Shown one piece after another: positions 1 through 10,462 of a stretch of DNA of 51,854 nucleotides; the stretch's first letter is position 1; every line of letters begins with the position of its first letter. This DNA comes from Eubacteriales bacterium. GTDB taxonomy: Bacteria; Bacillota; Clostridia; Oscillospirales; CAG-272. The notes under the pieces are model-generated. The model had not been told where the DNA came from. It was given only the letters and a program-made list of their open reading frames with translations, and made no database searches. The position numbers were made by a program, and so were the translations under genes. The stretch covers positions 1 through 51,854 of the forward strand of contig JBJDZD010000063.1 of NCBI GenBank assembly GCA_051867815.1, in the 5' to 3' direction.

Positions 1-690
1 ATGGCACATGGTGCAAAATCTGCTGACTTCAATATTCTCAACTCCGGCGCGTCGCAGAGCAAGAGCGTTGACAGCCTTAAGGTCAACGCGGTATTTGCCG
101 CCGTCCTTAAAAATCATGCCTTCGGCTTCCCTGCCGAACTCGGCAAGAACGGCGCGCGGCACGTCACCGTCCGTTTCAAAACAGCACGCGCCGATATTCG
201 GGCCTATGGCGGCGCGGATGTCCTGCGCCCGGCAACCGAACTCCTTGCACATAACTCGCACGGTCTTGCCGGCAATATCCGCCGCCGTGCCGCGCCAGCC
301 TGCATGCGCCGCGCCCACGGCACCCGTTACGGGGTCGTGAAAGAGTATCGGGGTACAGTCGGCGGTGAAAATGACGAGCGCTGTGCCTCGGTCGGTACTG
401 ACGAGCGCGTCACATTCGGGATAGTCGCGGCAGTCGATGCCGCGCGCATCCGCCCTCGTGACCGCTCGGACGATATCCGAGTGGGTCTGACGGGTCAAAA
501 CGGCGTTTTTGAGGTCAAAATCAAGCTCTCGGGCTAAAATTTCAAAGTTTTTGCGCACGTTCTCCTTGCTGTCGCCGCGATGCAGGGCAAGGTTCATGGA
601 TGAAAACATACCCTCGCTGACACCGCCTCGGCGTGTGGTAAAGCCGTGTGCCGCGGCGATATTTCCGGCCTTTATTACGATATCGCTCAT
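1..690 (-). CDS. pgeF: Peptidoglycan editing factor PgeF / YfiH-YlmD laccase-domain protein (partial, 3' end runs off window)
   Basis: Absent from the ORF track. Manual translation from ATG 690 gives MSDIVIKAGNIAAAHGFTTRRGGVS...SMNLALHRGD...QTHSD...DALVS...FTADCTPILF...AAHAGWRG...AIGPNIGACCFE...FCTMCH, open to base 1. These are the YfiH family motifs. Confidence 0.93.
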   Translation of the reverse strand, partial: MSDIVIKAGNIAAAHGFTTRRGGVSEGMFSSMNLALHRGDSKENVRKNFEILARELDFDLKNAVLTRQTHSDIVRAVTRADARGIDCRDYPECDALVSTDRGTALVIFTADCTPILFHDPVTGAVGAAHAGWRGTAADIAGKTVRVMCKEFGCRAQDIRAAIGPNIGACCFETDGDVPRAVLAEFGREAEGMIFKDGGKYRVDLKAVNALALRRAGVENIEVSRFCTMCH

Positions 691-694
691 TGGT

Positions 695-1582
695 TCATTG
701 GTTTGAAAGACTGCGCTCGTAGTAGAACAGATACTGCTGCGCAAGCCCTGCATATGGGCCGAGCGCGGCGGCGTCAAAGGGCGGAGCAAAGTATTTTTCT
801 ATAACTCTGCGTACCCAAACGTCAACGGGAAATGCATCGGTGCGGTCGAAGCCGAAAAGCAGGGTGCATGCCGCAACCTTCGGACCTACGCCCTTGACCG
901 TCATCAGCATATTTGCCGCCTCGGCAGTCGTTTTTGCATTTTTGACGGCGTCGAGGTCGAGCGTGCCGCTTGCCACCTTCTCTGCCGCATCCATTACGTA
1001 GGGCGCTCGAAAGCCGAGCTTCATCTCGCGTAGCGCATCCACACCGGCGTTGCAAATTGCCTCGGGCGTCGGGAAGGAATACACGCCGTCGCACACCTCG
1101 TCGCCGAGAGCTTTGGAAAGCGTGCCGATGAGCGAGCGGATACGGGGGATGTTGTTATTTTGCGAAATGATAAAGGAGCAAAGCGTTTCCCATCGCTCCT
1201 GACGAAGGATGCGGATGCCCTTGCCGTATTCCACCGCCAGAGCGAGCGCCGGATTATCCGAACGTGAGAGGATATCGGCTCTTGCACCCGAAATATCGAA
1301 ATCAAGGCCGAGGTAGGGTACCCAGACCGAGTAAAAGTCGCTCTCATCCGTGCCGTAAACGGTGACGGTGTCACCGTCCTGCGCGACGGATATGTATTTG
1401 CCGAAGGCAACGCCCGCGTATTCGCATGCGTGCCCGGAGTTCTCCACGGGTAAAAATCTGAACGCCTGACCGCAATCGAATACGGCGGCGGTATCAAAAA
1501 ACTCCGTATTTTCAAGTCGGGCAAAGGCTCTGCCGTCATCGGCCTTGCCGAATTTGACCCTAATATCGGGATTTATAGACAT
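695..1582 (-). CDS. 8-oxoguanine DNA glycosylase (OGG N-terminal + HhH-GPD)
   Basis: FDCGQAFR N-terminal motif, SFIISQNNNIPRI, LGFRAPY, HhH VKGVGPKVAAC, FPVDVWV, YAGLAQQYLF. Confidence 0.9.
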   Translation of the reverse strand: MSINPDIRVKFGKADDGRAFARLENTEFFDTAAVFDCGQAFRFLPVENSGHACEYAGVAFGKYISVAQDGDTVTVYGTDESDFYSVWVPYLGLDFDISGARADILSRSDNPALALAVEYGKGIRILRQERWETLCSFIISQNNNIPRIRSLIGTLSKALGDEVCDGVYSFPTPEAICNAGVDALREMKLGFRAPYVMDAAEKVASGTLDLDAVKNAKTTAEAANMLMTVKGVGPKVAACTLLFGFDRTDAFPVDVWVRRVIEKYFAPPFDAAALGPYAGLAQQYLFYYERSLSNQ

Positions 1583-1608
1583 AATTCCAAATTCCTTTCG
1601 ATTTATGC

Positions 1609-1637
1609 TTGCAATATTGCCGTTTTTCTGCTATAAT
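1609..1637 (+). promoter_or_regulatory. sigA-type promoter for 1695 gene
   Basis: TTGCAA-N17-TATAAT with TG extended -10. Confidence 0.6.
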
Positions 1638-1652
1638 ATATCTATCTATACC

Positions 1653-1681
1653 ATTATACTACATTTTAACCGTTTAGTCAA
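1653..1681 (-). promoter_or_regulatory. sigA-type promoter for ogg-pgeF
   Basis: Minus strand TTGACT-N17-TATAAT. Confidence 0.6.
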
Positions 1682-1694
1682 TAGCGAGGAACGA

Positions 1695-2405
1695 ATGGAA
1701 CAAATATATACCATACCGATAAACGAGCATTTTGAGCGCGCGCGCGACGACGCATCCTGTGGATGCCCCGTCTGCTCGCTCTACCGCATGCTTGAGGAGA
1801 ACGAGCTTGACCTCATCCTCGGAGCTTCCATGATGGAGCCGGACGTTCGCCAAAAAACGAACAAGCTCGGCTTCTGCGACACACACATGAAGCTGATGTT
1901 TGAATACCGCGCCCGTTTGCCCATGGCGCTCACGCTTGAAAGTCACCTCGATCAGCTTCGCAAGGAGATCGGCGACCTGCCCCTGACCGTGCCCGGTACA
2001 CGGGCGCGCGCAAGAATAGCACAGCTTGAGGACGACTGCTACGTCTGTGGCAGGATCAACGTTTATTTTGCCAAGCTCCTTGAAAACCTCGTATATATCT
2101 GGGCGGCAGACCCTGAGTTCCGCGAGAAATTCTCGGCTCAGCACATGTTCTGCCTTCCCCATTACGAGCAGATGCTCGGCGTGGCAAAGCAAAAGCTCGG
2201 CAAAAAGGACTATTACGCCTTTGCAAAGTCGGCGGCGGACGTCGTCCTTCCCTATTTCGATTTGCTGTGCGAGGATGTTTCCTGGTTTTGCAAGAAATTT
2301 GACTACCGTTACGGCGAGGAGCCTTGGTACAATTCCAAGGATGCCGTGGAGCGCGCCATGAAGTTCTTAAACTCCGATATTCACAATCCCCCGAAGAAAA
2401 AATAA
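1695..2405 (+). CDS. DUF6062-like protein with duplicated CxxC...CxxH zinc-binding motifs
   Basis: Start reassigned to ATG 1695 (GAGG upstream, downstream of promoter). MEQIYTIPINEHF, CPVC...GFCDTH and CYVC...FCLPH. Confidence 0.7.
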   Translation: MEQIYTIPINEHFERARDDASCGCPVCSLYRMLEENELDLILGASMMEPDVRQKTNKLGFCDTHMKLMFEYRARLPMALTLESHLDQLRKEIGDLPLTVPGTRARARIAQLEDDCYVCGRINVYFAKLLENLVYIWAADPEFREKFSAQHMFCLPHYEQMLGVAKQKLGKKDYYAFAKSAADVVLPYFDLLCEDVSWFCKKFDYRYGEEPWYNSKDAVERAMKFLNSDIHNPPKKK

Positions 2406-2438
2406 GAATAACGCCACCCTTGAAAGGTAACAATCAAG

Positions 2439-2990
2439 ATGATAGACCTGCTGTCTTTACACAAGCAATTCATGCTCACTCATATCGGTGAGGGCGACAT
2501 TTGCGCCGATTTCACCATGGGCAACGGTTACGACACGGAATTTCTCTGCCGCACGGTTGGGATGTCCGGCCACGTTTACGCCTTCGATATTCAGCCCGCG
2601 GCCGTTGAATCAACGAAAAAGAGGCTCGCCTCGGTTGAGTGTCCCGAAAATTATACTCTCATTTGCGACTCGCACCACAACGCCGCGAAGTACATTCCCG
2701 GTAAGATCAAGGGCGGAATGTTCAACCTCGGCTGGCTTCCCGGCGGCGATAAATCAATCACCACGATGCGGCAGACTACCATGCCCGCCATCGAAACCGC
2801 CATTTCGCTCCTCGATTCGGATGGCGTGCTGACGGTTGCCGTCTACCCCGGGCATCCCGAGGGCGATGCGGAGGGCAAAATGATCGAGGAATATTTCTCA
2901 ACTCTCTCGCGCTTCAAGCTCTGCATCACGAAGATCAAGATCGTCAATTCACCCACGTCACCGTATTTTTTCTTAGTTGAAACAAAGTAA
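2439..2990 (+). CDS. Class I SAM-dependent methyltransferase, YtqB/MnmM-like
   Basis: DFTMGNGYDT, VYAFDIQ, MFNLGWLPGGDKSITT, YPGHPEG motifs. Confidence 0.85.
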   Translation: MIDLLSLHKQFMLTHIGEGDICADFTMGNGYDTEFLCRTVGMSGHVYAFDIQPAAVESTKKRLASVECPENYTLICDSHHNAAKYIPGKIKGGMFNLGWLPGGDKSITTMRQTTMPAIETAISLLDSDGVLTVAVYPGHPEGDAEGKMIEEYFSTLSRFKLCITKIKIVNSPTSPYFFLVETK

Positions 2991-3022
2991 ACGCATTCCC
3001 GATTCGCGGAAAGGAGGCACAA

Positions 3023-4891
3023 ATGAATAACGGCAATCAAAGGCCGAGCGGCGGCCGCTCTTATGAAACCGGGCTTATATCTGCAAAAAGAGTAAACCGC
3101 GATCAAAATGAAGTTAAAAAGCCTAACGTCGTTTCCACTTCCGAAAGACCACGGCCACAACCGCAACCGCAAGCGATACCTCGACCGCAACCCAAAGAGC
3201 AAACCCAAGCTCCGAAAATGCCCCCGTCCGCACCGTGCCCCCAACGCATAGCCCCGAAAAAAGACGCCGCTTCGCTTGAAGCCGAGCGAAAAAGACGCAT
3301 TGCTGCAGCCGAGCAAAGGCGAAAAGCCGAAAAAGAAAAGCAGCGCGCCGAGGAAGCACGGCTCAAATCGGAAGAAAAAGCTCGCCGCGCAAAAGAGAAA
3401 GAGCTTGTGCGTGAAAATAAGCGCAGATGCCGCGCGGAACGCAAGGAAAAGCTCTTCGACCGTTTTGCCGAAGGTCGGACGGAACGCACGGAAAGAAGTG
3501 CTTCCGCACGCGCCGGCTCCAAACGGATAATCAAGGATTCCATTGCCTATTTCATCGTTTTTCTTTGCGTTCTCCTCATCATCTGCACCGCCACCGCAAC
3601 CGTCACTCTGTGGCAGATACTCAATTACGGTGAACGGCCGGCAACGCCCTCGTCCGTAACGTTCACGGCAGGCGGCAAGGATTATGCTTACGCATATTCT
3701 GACATCGTCCGCGACGGCGTGTATTACGTTAATTTTACGGCAATAGCCAAGCTTTGTGATCTCTCGCTGGGCGGTGACGACAGCGTTATCATATATTCAA
3801 CCTCATCCGGAGAGCAGCTCCGCTTCACTCCTCCCTCGCGCAATGTTCTCATAAACGGAAACGCCGTTCTCGCGGAGAGCGATATAATCGTCACCAAGGG
3901 CGGTGAACGCCGCGTTTGGGTTCCTCTCTCACTCGTGCGCGATTACGTTATCGGCATTGATATCGAGCTTGAAGAGGGCGTAAACGAGAAAAGCGGCGAT
4001 CCATTCGTGACCATAACCGTCTCACGCGTCGAAGAAGGCCGTGATTACCTTGACGTCTCCTTCAAGCTGAAGTACAATTCGGTGCTGAGCGGTATTTCCA
4101 ACGATTCGCTCCCCGAGGAACCGGTCACCCTGCCCCCCGATGCACCGATATATGAGTTTTCCGCCGACCTTTCGCGCTATTTGCAGTATATGTGTCCTGC
4201 GGACTACGACAAATACATGATACTGATAAATCCCTCGCACTTGGCGAACGAGAGCTATATTCCGGACGACCTGGTGGGCGTTCCCAACCCCCTGTACGAC
4301 AACGGCTCCTCCCTCTGCCGTGACGCCGCAATGTCGCTTGAGGCGCTCTTTATTGAGATGCACGAGCTGGGATTTCGCGAGCTGAGGGTGCGCACGGCTT
4401 ATCGGTCTTACGAAGCTCAAAAAAAGCAATTTGAAATCTACGTGGGCAACGAAAGCCTTTACTATATCTACAACTACGAGACAACGGGAAAATGGTTCAG
4501 CGATACGGCATACGCCGTGCTGGGCAAATCATATCTTGAGGAAAAATACATTTCCAAGGGCAAGACCACGCTCTCATACGACGACGCCGTGCGCGTAGCC
4601 ATGTCCTATTCCGCATATCCCGGAACGAGCGACCACCAGACCGGTCTCGGCTTCGACCTTACGCTCGCCGAATACAGCACAACGCCGTTCGTCAAAACTC
4701 CGGAGTACCTGTGGCTGGTCGAAAATGCGCACAAATTCGGCTTCGTTTTCCGCTATCCGGAGGGCAAGGAGAACATAACGGGCTTCGACTTCGAGCCGCA
4801 GCATTTACGATTCATAGGTCAATATTACGCCGCCATCATCCATGAATCGGGGTTGAGCCTTGACGAATATGTTGACAAATACATGAATTAA
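3023..4891 (+). CDS. Membrane-anchored M15B (VanY/LdcB-like) carboxypeptidase with long N-terminal low-complexity/charged region
   Basis: AAGGAGG RBS; PQ-rich and charged N-terminus; TM segment IAYFIVFLCVLLIIC; C-terminal AYRSYEAQ, SAYPGTSDHQTGLGFD, WLVENAHKFGF, FEPQHLRFIG. Confidence 0.85.
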   Translation: MNNGNQRPSGGRSYETGLISAKRVNRDQNEVKKPNVVSTSERPRPQPQPQAIPRPQPKEQTQAPKMPPSAPCPQRIAPKKDAASLEAERKRRIAAAEQRRKAEKEKQRAEEARLKSEEKARRAKEKELVRENKRRCRAERKEKLFDRFAEGRTERTERSASARAGSKRIIKDSIAYFIVFLCVLLIICTATATVTLWQILNYGERPATPSSVTFTAGGKDYAYAYSDIVRDGVYYVNFTAIAKLCDLSLGGDDSVIIYSTSSGEQLRFTPPSRNVLINGNAVLAESDIIVTKGGERRVWVPLSLVRDYVIGIDIELEEGVNEKSGDPFVTITVSRVEEGRDYLDVSFKLKYNSVLSGISNDSLPEEPVTLPPDAPIYEFSADLSRYLQYMCPADYDKYMILINPSHLANESYIPDDLVGVPNPLYDNGSSLCRDAAMSLEALFIEMHELGFRELRVRTAYRSYEAQKKQFEIYVGNESLYYIYNYETTGKWFSDTAYAVLGKSYLEEKYISKGKTTLSYDDAVRVAMSYSAYPGTSDHQTGLGFDLTLAEYSTTPFVKTPEYLWLVENAHKFGFVFRYPEGKENITGFDFEPQHLRFIGQYYAAIIHESGLSLDEYVDKYMN

Positions 4892-4900
4892 TGATATAAT
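4872..4900 (+). promoter_or_regulatory. Consensus sigA promoter for DUF512-der-obg-ppa operon
   Basis: TTGACA-N17-TATAAT with TG extended -10; the -35 lies in the last codons of the upstream CDS. Confidence 0.75.
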
Positions 4901-4932
4901 AATATGATATTCTGCAAAAGGAGGAAGAACGC

Positions 4933-6240
4933 GTGGTTTTAATAGCATCGGTAGAAAAAGGCTCAATATGCGACCGTTGCGGCTTGCGCGCCGGGGACAG
5001 TCTCGTTTCTATCAATTCCCACGAGATATACGACATTCTTGATTACCGTTTTCACCTCTCGGAGCGAAAGATCAAGCTGACATATTTGCGCAACGGCAAA
5101 CAAAAGACCGTCCGCTTCCGCAAGGATGAGGACGACATTGACATCGGCCTTGAGTTTGCCACGGCGCTTATGGACGAAAAGCAATCCTGCAAGAACAAAT
5201 GCATCTTCTGCTTCATCGACCAAAACCCCGAGGGAATGCGGCAGTCCTGCTATTTCAAGGACGACGATTCACGCCTTTCCTTCCTTCACGGAAATTACGT
5301 CACTCTTACCAACATCAGCGAACGCGAGGTCGAGCGCATCATAGAAATGCACATCTCGCCCATCAACGTATCCGTACATACCACGGATCCCGAGCTTCGC
5401 TGCATGATGCTATCAAACCGTTTTGCCGGCGAGCGGCTTTCCTACCTGCGCCGCTTTGCAGATGCCGGCATCACCATCTGCGCGCAGATAGTGCTATGCC
5501 GCGGCATCAACGACGGCGAGCATCTCGACCGCACGCTTCATGACCTCATGGAATACCTGCCCTCGCTTGAAAGCATTGCAATCGTTCCGGCAGGGCTTAC
5601 CAAGCACCGTGAGGGACTTTACCCCCTGACACTCTTCTCCCCTGAGGAATGCCGCGCCGTTATAAAGCAGGTCGAGCCTTACGGAAACTGGTGCCTTGAA
5701 AAGTACGGCAACCGTACCGTGTTCTGCTCGGATGAATTCTACGTTCGCGGTGGGCTGGAGCTTCCGGACGAGGACTTTTACTGCGGCTTTTCCCAGCTTG
5801 AGGACGGCGTGGGCATGCTGACCTCATTCACGGCGGAGGCGAAGCGCGAGCTTGAATTTACCGAGCCGGGCGAGTCCGAACGCACGGTGTCCGTTGCCAC
5901 CGGTCACGCCGCGTACGATACGATTTCTGAAATCGCGCGCCTTTGCGAGGAGAAACACGGCAAGCTGCGCGTCAACGTCATCCGCATCGACAATAACTTC
6001 TTCGGCGAGACCGTGACCGTTGCGGGTCTTTTGACGGGCGGTGACATAGCGAACGGTTGCCGCGGCGAAGATCTGGGCGAAACGCTGTTTATACCGCGCA
6101 CCTCCCTGCGCGCAGACGGCGACCTCTTCCTTGACAACCTCTCCCCCCTTGACCTTGAGCGAGAGCTTGGTGTAAAGGTCGTACCCGTCGAAAACGACGG
6201 AGCCTTATTTGTTGCCGCGCTTTGCGGATATGAGGTTTGA
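4933..6240 (+). CDS. PDZ + radical-SAM-like DUF512 Fe-S protein
   Basis: GTG start with AGGAGG RBS; N-terminal PDZ-like GLRAGD; CKNKCIFC(FIDQ), FKDDDSRLSFLHGNYVTLTN, QLEDGVG, VAGLLTG. Position upstream of der is typical. Confidence 0.88.
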   Translation: MVLIASVEKGSICDRCGLRAGDSLVSINSHEIYDILDYRFHLSERKIKLTYLRNGKQKTVRFRKDEDDIDIGLEFATALMDEKQSCKNKCIFCFIDQNPEGMRQSCYFKDDDSRLSFLHGNYVTLTNISEREVERIIEMHISPINVSVHTTDPELRCMMLSNRFAGERLSYLRRFADAGITICAQIVLCRGINDGEHLDRTLHDLMEYLPSLESIAIVPAGLTKHREGLYPLTLFSPEECRAVIKQVEPYGNWCLEKYGNRTVFCSDEFYVRGGLELPDEDFYCGFSQLEDGVGMLTSFTAEAKRELEFTEPGESERTVSVATGHAAYDTISEIARLCEEKHGKLRVNVIRIDNNFFGETVTVAGLLTGGDIANGCRGEDLGETLFIPRTSLRADGDLFLDNLSPLDLERELGVKVVPVENDGALFVAALCGYEV

Positions 6241-6242
6241 AA

Positions 6243-7205
6243 ATGAAACATAAACTGTCAACCATACTTTTAACCTTGGCGCTCGTCGCCGCGCTCCTTT
6301 CTGCCTGCTATCCCGTTTTGGGTGACGACGGCTACCGCACCATGCCACTCGGCACGGGTACGGAGGCACCGCTTCCCACCGAGTCTGTGACGGAGCACAG
6401 CACCGAAAGCACCGCCGCAGACGTAACCTCCTCGCCCGACGAAACGAGTGCCGACGACATAACGGTCGAGACCACCGCGCCCGATACCTCGGACGTCACC
6501 ACAGCCGCTCATGATGAAACCTCCGGCGAGGACACCTCGGCGCCTCCCGTGGATTCCTATGAATTCGACGTCATGGAAAACACGGTCGAGCTTGGCTCGG
6601 TCGGTGCGCAGACCTGCACGGCAATAATGCGTTATCCCGCCCTCAAGGGTCTTGAGGGCGTGCCGAAGCTCGAGAATATCAACGGGCTTCTCGGTCAGAT
6701 CGCAACCGTCGAGTATCAGAACCGTCTGCCGAATGCCAGCGAGCTGGTTCGCGGCGGTACCGCCGTCAGCTATGAGATCACCGCTACCTCCGTCTGCTTC
6801 ATAGGCAACGATCTGCTTTCCGTCCGAAGCGAGGGCAAGATCGACTACGCCGACGATGCAAAGGACGAGGAATTCGTCTACTGCAATCTCATAAGGCTCT
6901 CCACGGGCAAGGATATCACTCTCAAAAAGACCTATTCGGATTTCGAGGGTATCATCACGCTCTTTAAGGCAGGCAAATTCACGCAAATATCGGGTCAGGA
7001 TACGCTGATTGCCACGGTAGGGCTTGAAAAGCTCATGGAACCTTACAAGTATCACAGCCAATACGGCACCTTCCCCGAGACATATTTCACGAGCGACAGC
7101 TTAATAATCGTTGTGGAAACCAGCAATGAAAACGGACATTACGCCGAATTCAAGATATCGCTTGACCAAGTAAACGGCTATCTTCTCGTAAGTCCGACAA
7201 AGTAA
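6243..7205 (+). CDS. Lipoprotein with Thr/Ser/Asp-rich linker, unknown function
   Basis: Signal peptide with lipobox LSAC; ~65-aa T/S/D/E-rich linker; globular C-terminus. Confidence 0.7.
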   Translation: MKHKLSTILLTLALVAALLSACYPVLGDDGYRTMPLGTGTEAPLPTESVTEHSTESTAADVTSSPDETSADDITVETTAPDTSDVTTAAHDETSGEDTSAPPVDSYEFDVMENTVELGSVGAQTCTAIMRYPALKGLEGVPKLENINGLLGQIATVEYQNRLPNASELVRGGTAVSYEITATSVCFIGNDLLSVRSEGKIDYADDAKDEEFVYCNLIRLSTGKDITLKKTYSDFEGIITLFKAGKFTQISGQDTLIATVGLEKLMEPYKYHSQYGTFPETYFTSDSLIIVVETSNENGHYAEFKISLDQVNGYLLVSPTK

Positions 7206-7219
7206 AGGAAAGATCAACA

Positions 7220-8554
7220 ATGTCAAAACCCGTAATTGCAATAGTGGGCAGACCGAACGTCGGTAAAAGCACACTTTTCAACAAACTGATAGGCGAACGC
7301 CGCGCGATAGTCGAGGACACGCCCGGCGTTACCCGTGACCGCCTCTACGGCGAGACCGAATGGTGCGGACGCTCCTTCATCATCATCGATACGGGCGGTA
7401 TCGAGCCGAAAACCGACGACATCATACTCGCGCAGATGCGCCTTCAGGCGGAAATTGCCATTGAAAGCGCGGATGTCATCGCCTTCGTTTGCGACGTCCG
7501 CACGGGCGTTACGGCGGATGACCGCGAAATTGCCGTTATGCTGAAAAAGAGCGGCAAACCCATCATTCCCGTCATCAACAAATGCGACAGCATCGGCAAT
7601 CTGCCGTACGAGTTCTATGAATTCTACGAGCTTGGCTTTGATTGCGACCCCATTCCCGTTTCCTCCGTTCACGGCACCGGCACCGGCGACATGCTTGACG
7701 CGATAGCCGAAGCAGTTCCGGAGGGAGAGGAAAAAGAAGAGGAGGAAAACGGCATCAAGGTTGCCGTTATCGGCAAGCCGAACGCCGGCAAATCCTCGCT
7801 TATCAACCGCATCGTCGGAGAAAAGCGTCTCATCGTATCAAACATCCCCGGAACTACCCGTGATGCGGTGGATACCGTGGTCACAAATCAATTCGGCACA
7901 TACACTTTTATTGACACCGCCGGAATCCGCCGAAGCGCGAAGATCAAGGATGCCGTTGAGCATTATTCCGTCCTCCGCGCGCATACGGCGGTTGAACGTG
8001 CCGACGTCTGCCTTATCATGATCGACGCCGCCGAGGGTATCACGGAGCAGGACGAAAAAATCGCCGGAATAGCTCACGAAGCCGGCAGAGCATCAATAAT
8101 CGTCGTCAACAAGTGGGATTCCATAGCGGATAAGGATAATTCCACCGTCAACGAATACAACAACAAGATACGCATAGCTCTCGGCTACATGCCGTACGCG
8201 CCCATTATTTATGTTTCCGCGCTGACGGGTCAGCGCGTGACCAACATCTTCGAGCATATCGACTACGTTTACAATCAGTCCGTCACCCGTATCACCACGG
8301 GAATGCTCAACGACGTTCTGCGCGACGCCATGATCCGCGTTCAGCCCCCCACAGACAAGGGCAAGCGTCTTAAGATCTACTATATGACCCAAATAGGCAT
8401 AAAGCCGCCCACGTTCGTTATCTTCTGCAACAATGCGGAGCTTTTCCACTTCTCGTATCAAAGATATATCGAGAACTGCCTGCGCAACACCTTCGGCTTC
8501 AAGGGCACTCCCATTAAGCTCATCATCCGAGAAAAGGGCGACGATAACGATTGA
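7220..8554 (+). CDS. der: Ribosome biogenesis GTPase Der (EngA)
   Basis: Two G domains (GRPNVGKS...DTGG...NKCD; GKPNAGKS...DTAG...NKWD) and a KH-like C-terminus. Confidence 0.98.
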   Translation: MSKPVIAIVGRPNVGKSTLFNKLIGERRAIVEDTPGVTRDRLYGETEWCGRSFIIIDTGGIEPKTDDIILAQMRLQAEIAIESADVIAFVCDVRTGVTADDREIAVMLKKSGKPIIPVINKCDSIGNLPYEFYEFYELGFDCDPIPVSSVHGTGTGDMLDAIAEAVPEGEEKEEEENGIKVAVIGKPNAGKSSLINRIVGEKRLIVSNIPGTTRDAVDTVVTNQFGTYTFIDTAGIRRSAKIKDAVEHYSVLRAHTAVERADVCLIMIDAAEGITEQDEKIAGIAHEAGRASIIVVNKWDSIADKDNSTVNEYNNKIRIALGYMPYAPIIYVSALTGQRVTNIFEHIDYVYNQSVTRITTGMLNDVLRDAMIRVQPPTDKGKRLKIYYMTQIGIKPPTFVIFCNNAELFHFSYQRYIENCLRNTFGFKGTPIKLIIREKGDDND

Positions 8555-8568
8555 CGGGCATTAAATAA

Positions 8569-9873
<1,305 letters not shown>

Positions 9874-9890
9874 TATATTGGAGGTCACAA

Positions 9891-10439
9891 ATGAATATCT
9901 GGCATGACATCAACCCCTCTCTCATCACCCCGGAGGTCTTTACCACGCTTATCGAGATTCCAAAGGGCAGTAAATGCAAGTACGAGCTTGACAAGCACAC
10001 GGGGCTTCTCCGTCTTGACCGAATCCTCTATACCTCAACGCACTACCCGGCAAACTACGGCTTTATACCGCGTACATACGCCGACGACGGTGACCCGCTC
10101 GACGTTCTCGTCATCGGTGCGGAGCCGATCTATCCCATGACCCTTATTGAGGTTTACCCCATCGGCGTTATGCGAATGATTGACGGCGGCAAGCTTGACG
10201 ACAAGATAATCGCCGTTGCCGTTTCCGACCCAAACTACAATAAGATCAAGTCCATCGACGAGCTTCCGGCTCACATTTTCGATGAGATAATGCACTTTTT
10301 CACCGTCTACAAGCAGCTTGAAAACAAGCAGACCGCCGTCCGCGAGCTTTTCGGCCCCGATGAGGCAAAAAAGATCATAGCAGATGCCATAGACGGCTAT
10401 AACAGAGACATCCTGCCCACTCTTTACAGATTTAACTGA
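9891..10439 (+). CDS. ppa: Family I inorganic pyrophosphatase
   Basis: IEIPKGSKCKYE, YPANYGFIPRT, DDGDPLDVLV, DDKIIAV, HFFTVYKQLE. Confidence 0.95.
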   Translation: MNIWHDINPSLITPEVFTTLIEIPKGSKCKYELDKHTGLLRLDRILYTSTHYPANYGFIPRTYADDGDPLDVLVIGAEPIYPMTLIEVYPIGVMRMIDGGKLDDKIIAVAVSDPNYNKIKSIDELPAHIFDEIMHFFTVYKQLENKQTAVRELFGPDEAKKIIADAIDGYNRDILPTLYRFN

Positions 10440-10462
10440 TCGGCTAACGAAAGGAGTTCATC

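Noticed and set aside
1-537. Plus-strand 178-aa and 110-aa ORFs
   Set aside because: Antisense shadows of pgeF, which has clear family motifs on the minus strand.
1545-1694. N-terminal extension of the DUF6062 ORF
   Set aside because: Overlaps the ogg start and both promoters; ATG 1695 has an RBS.
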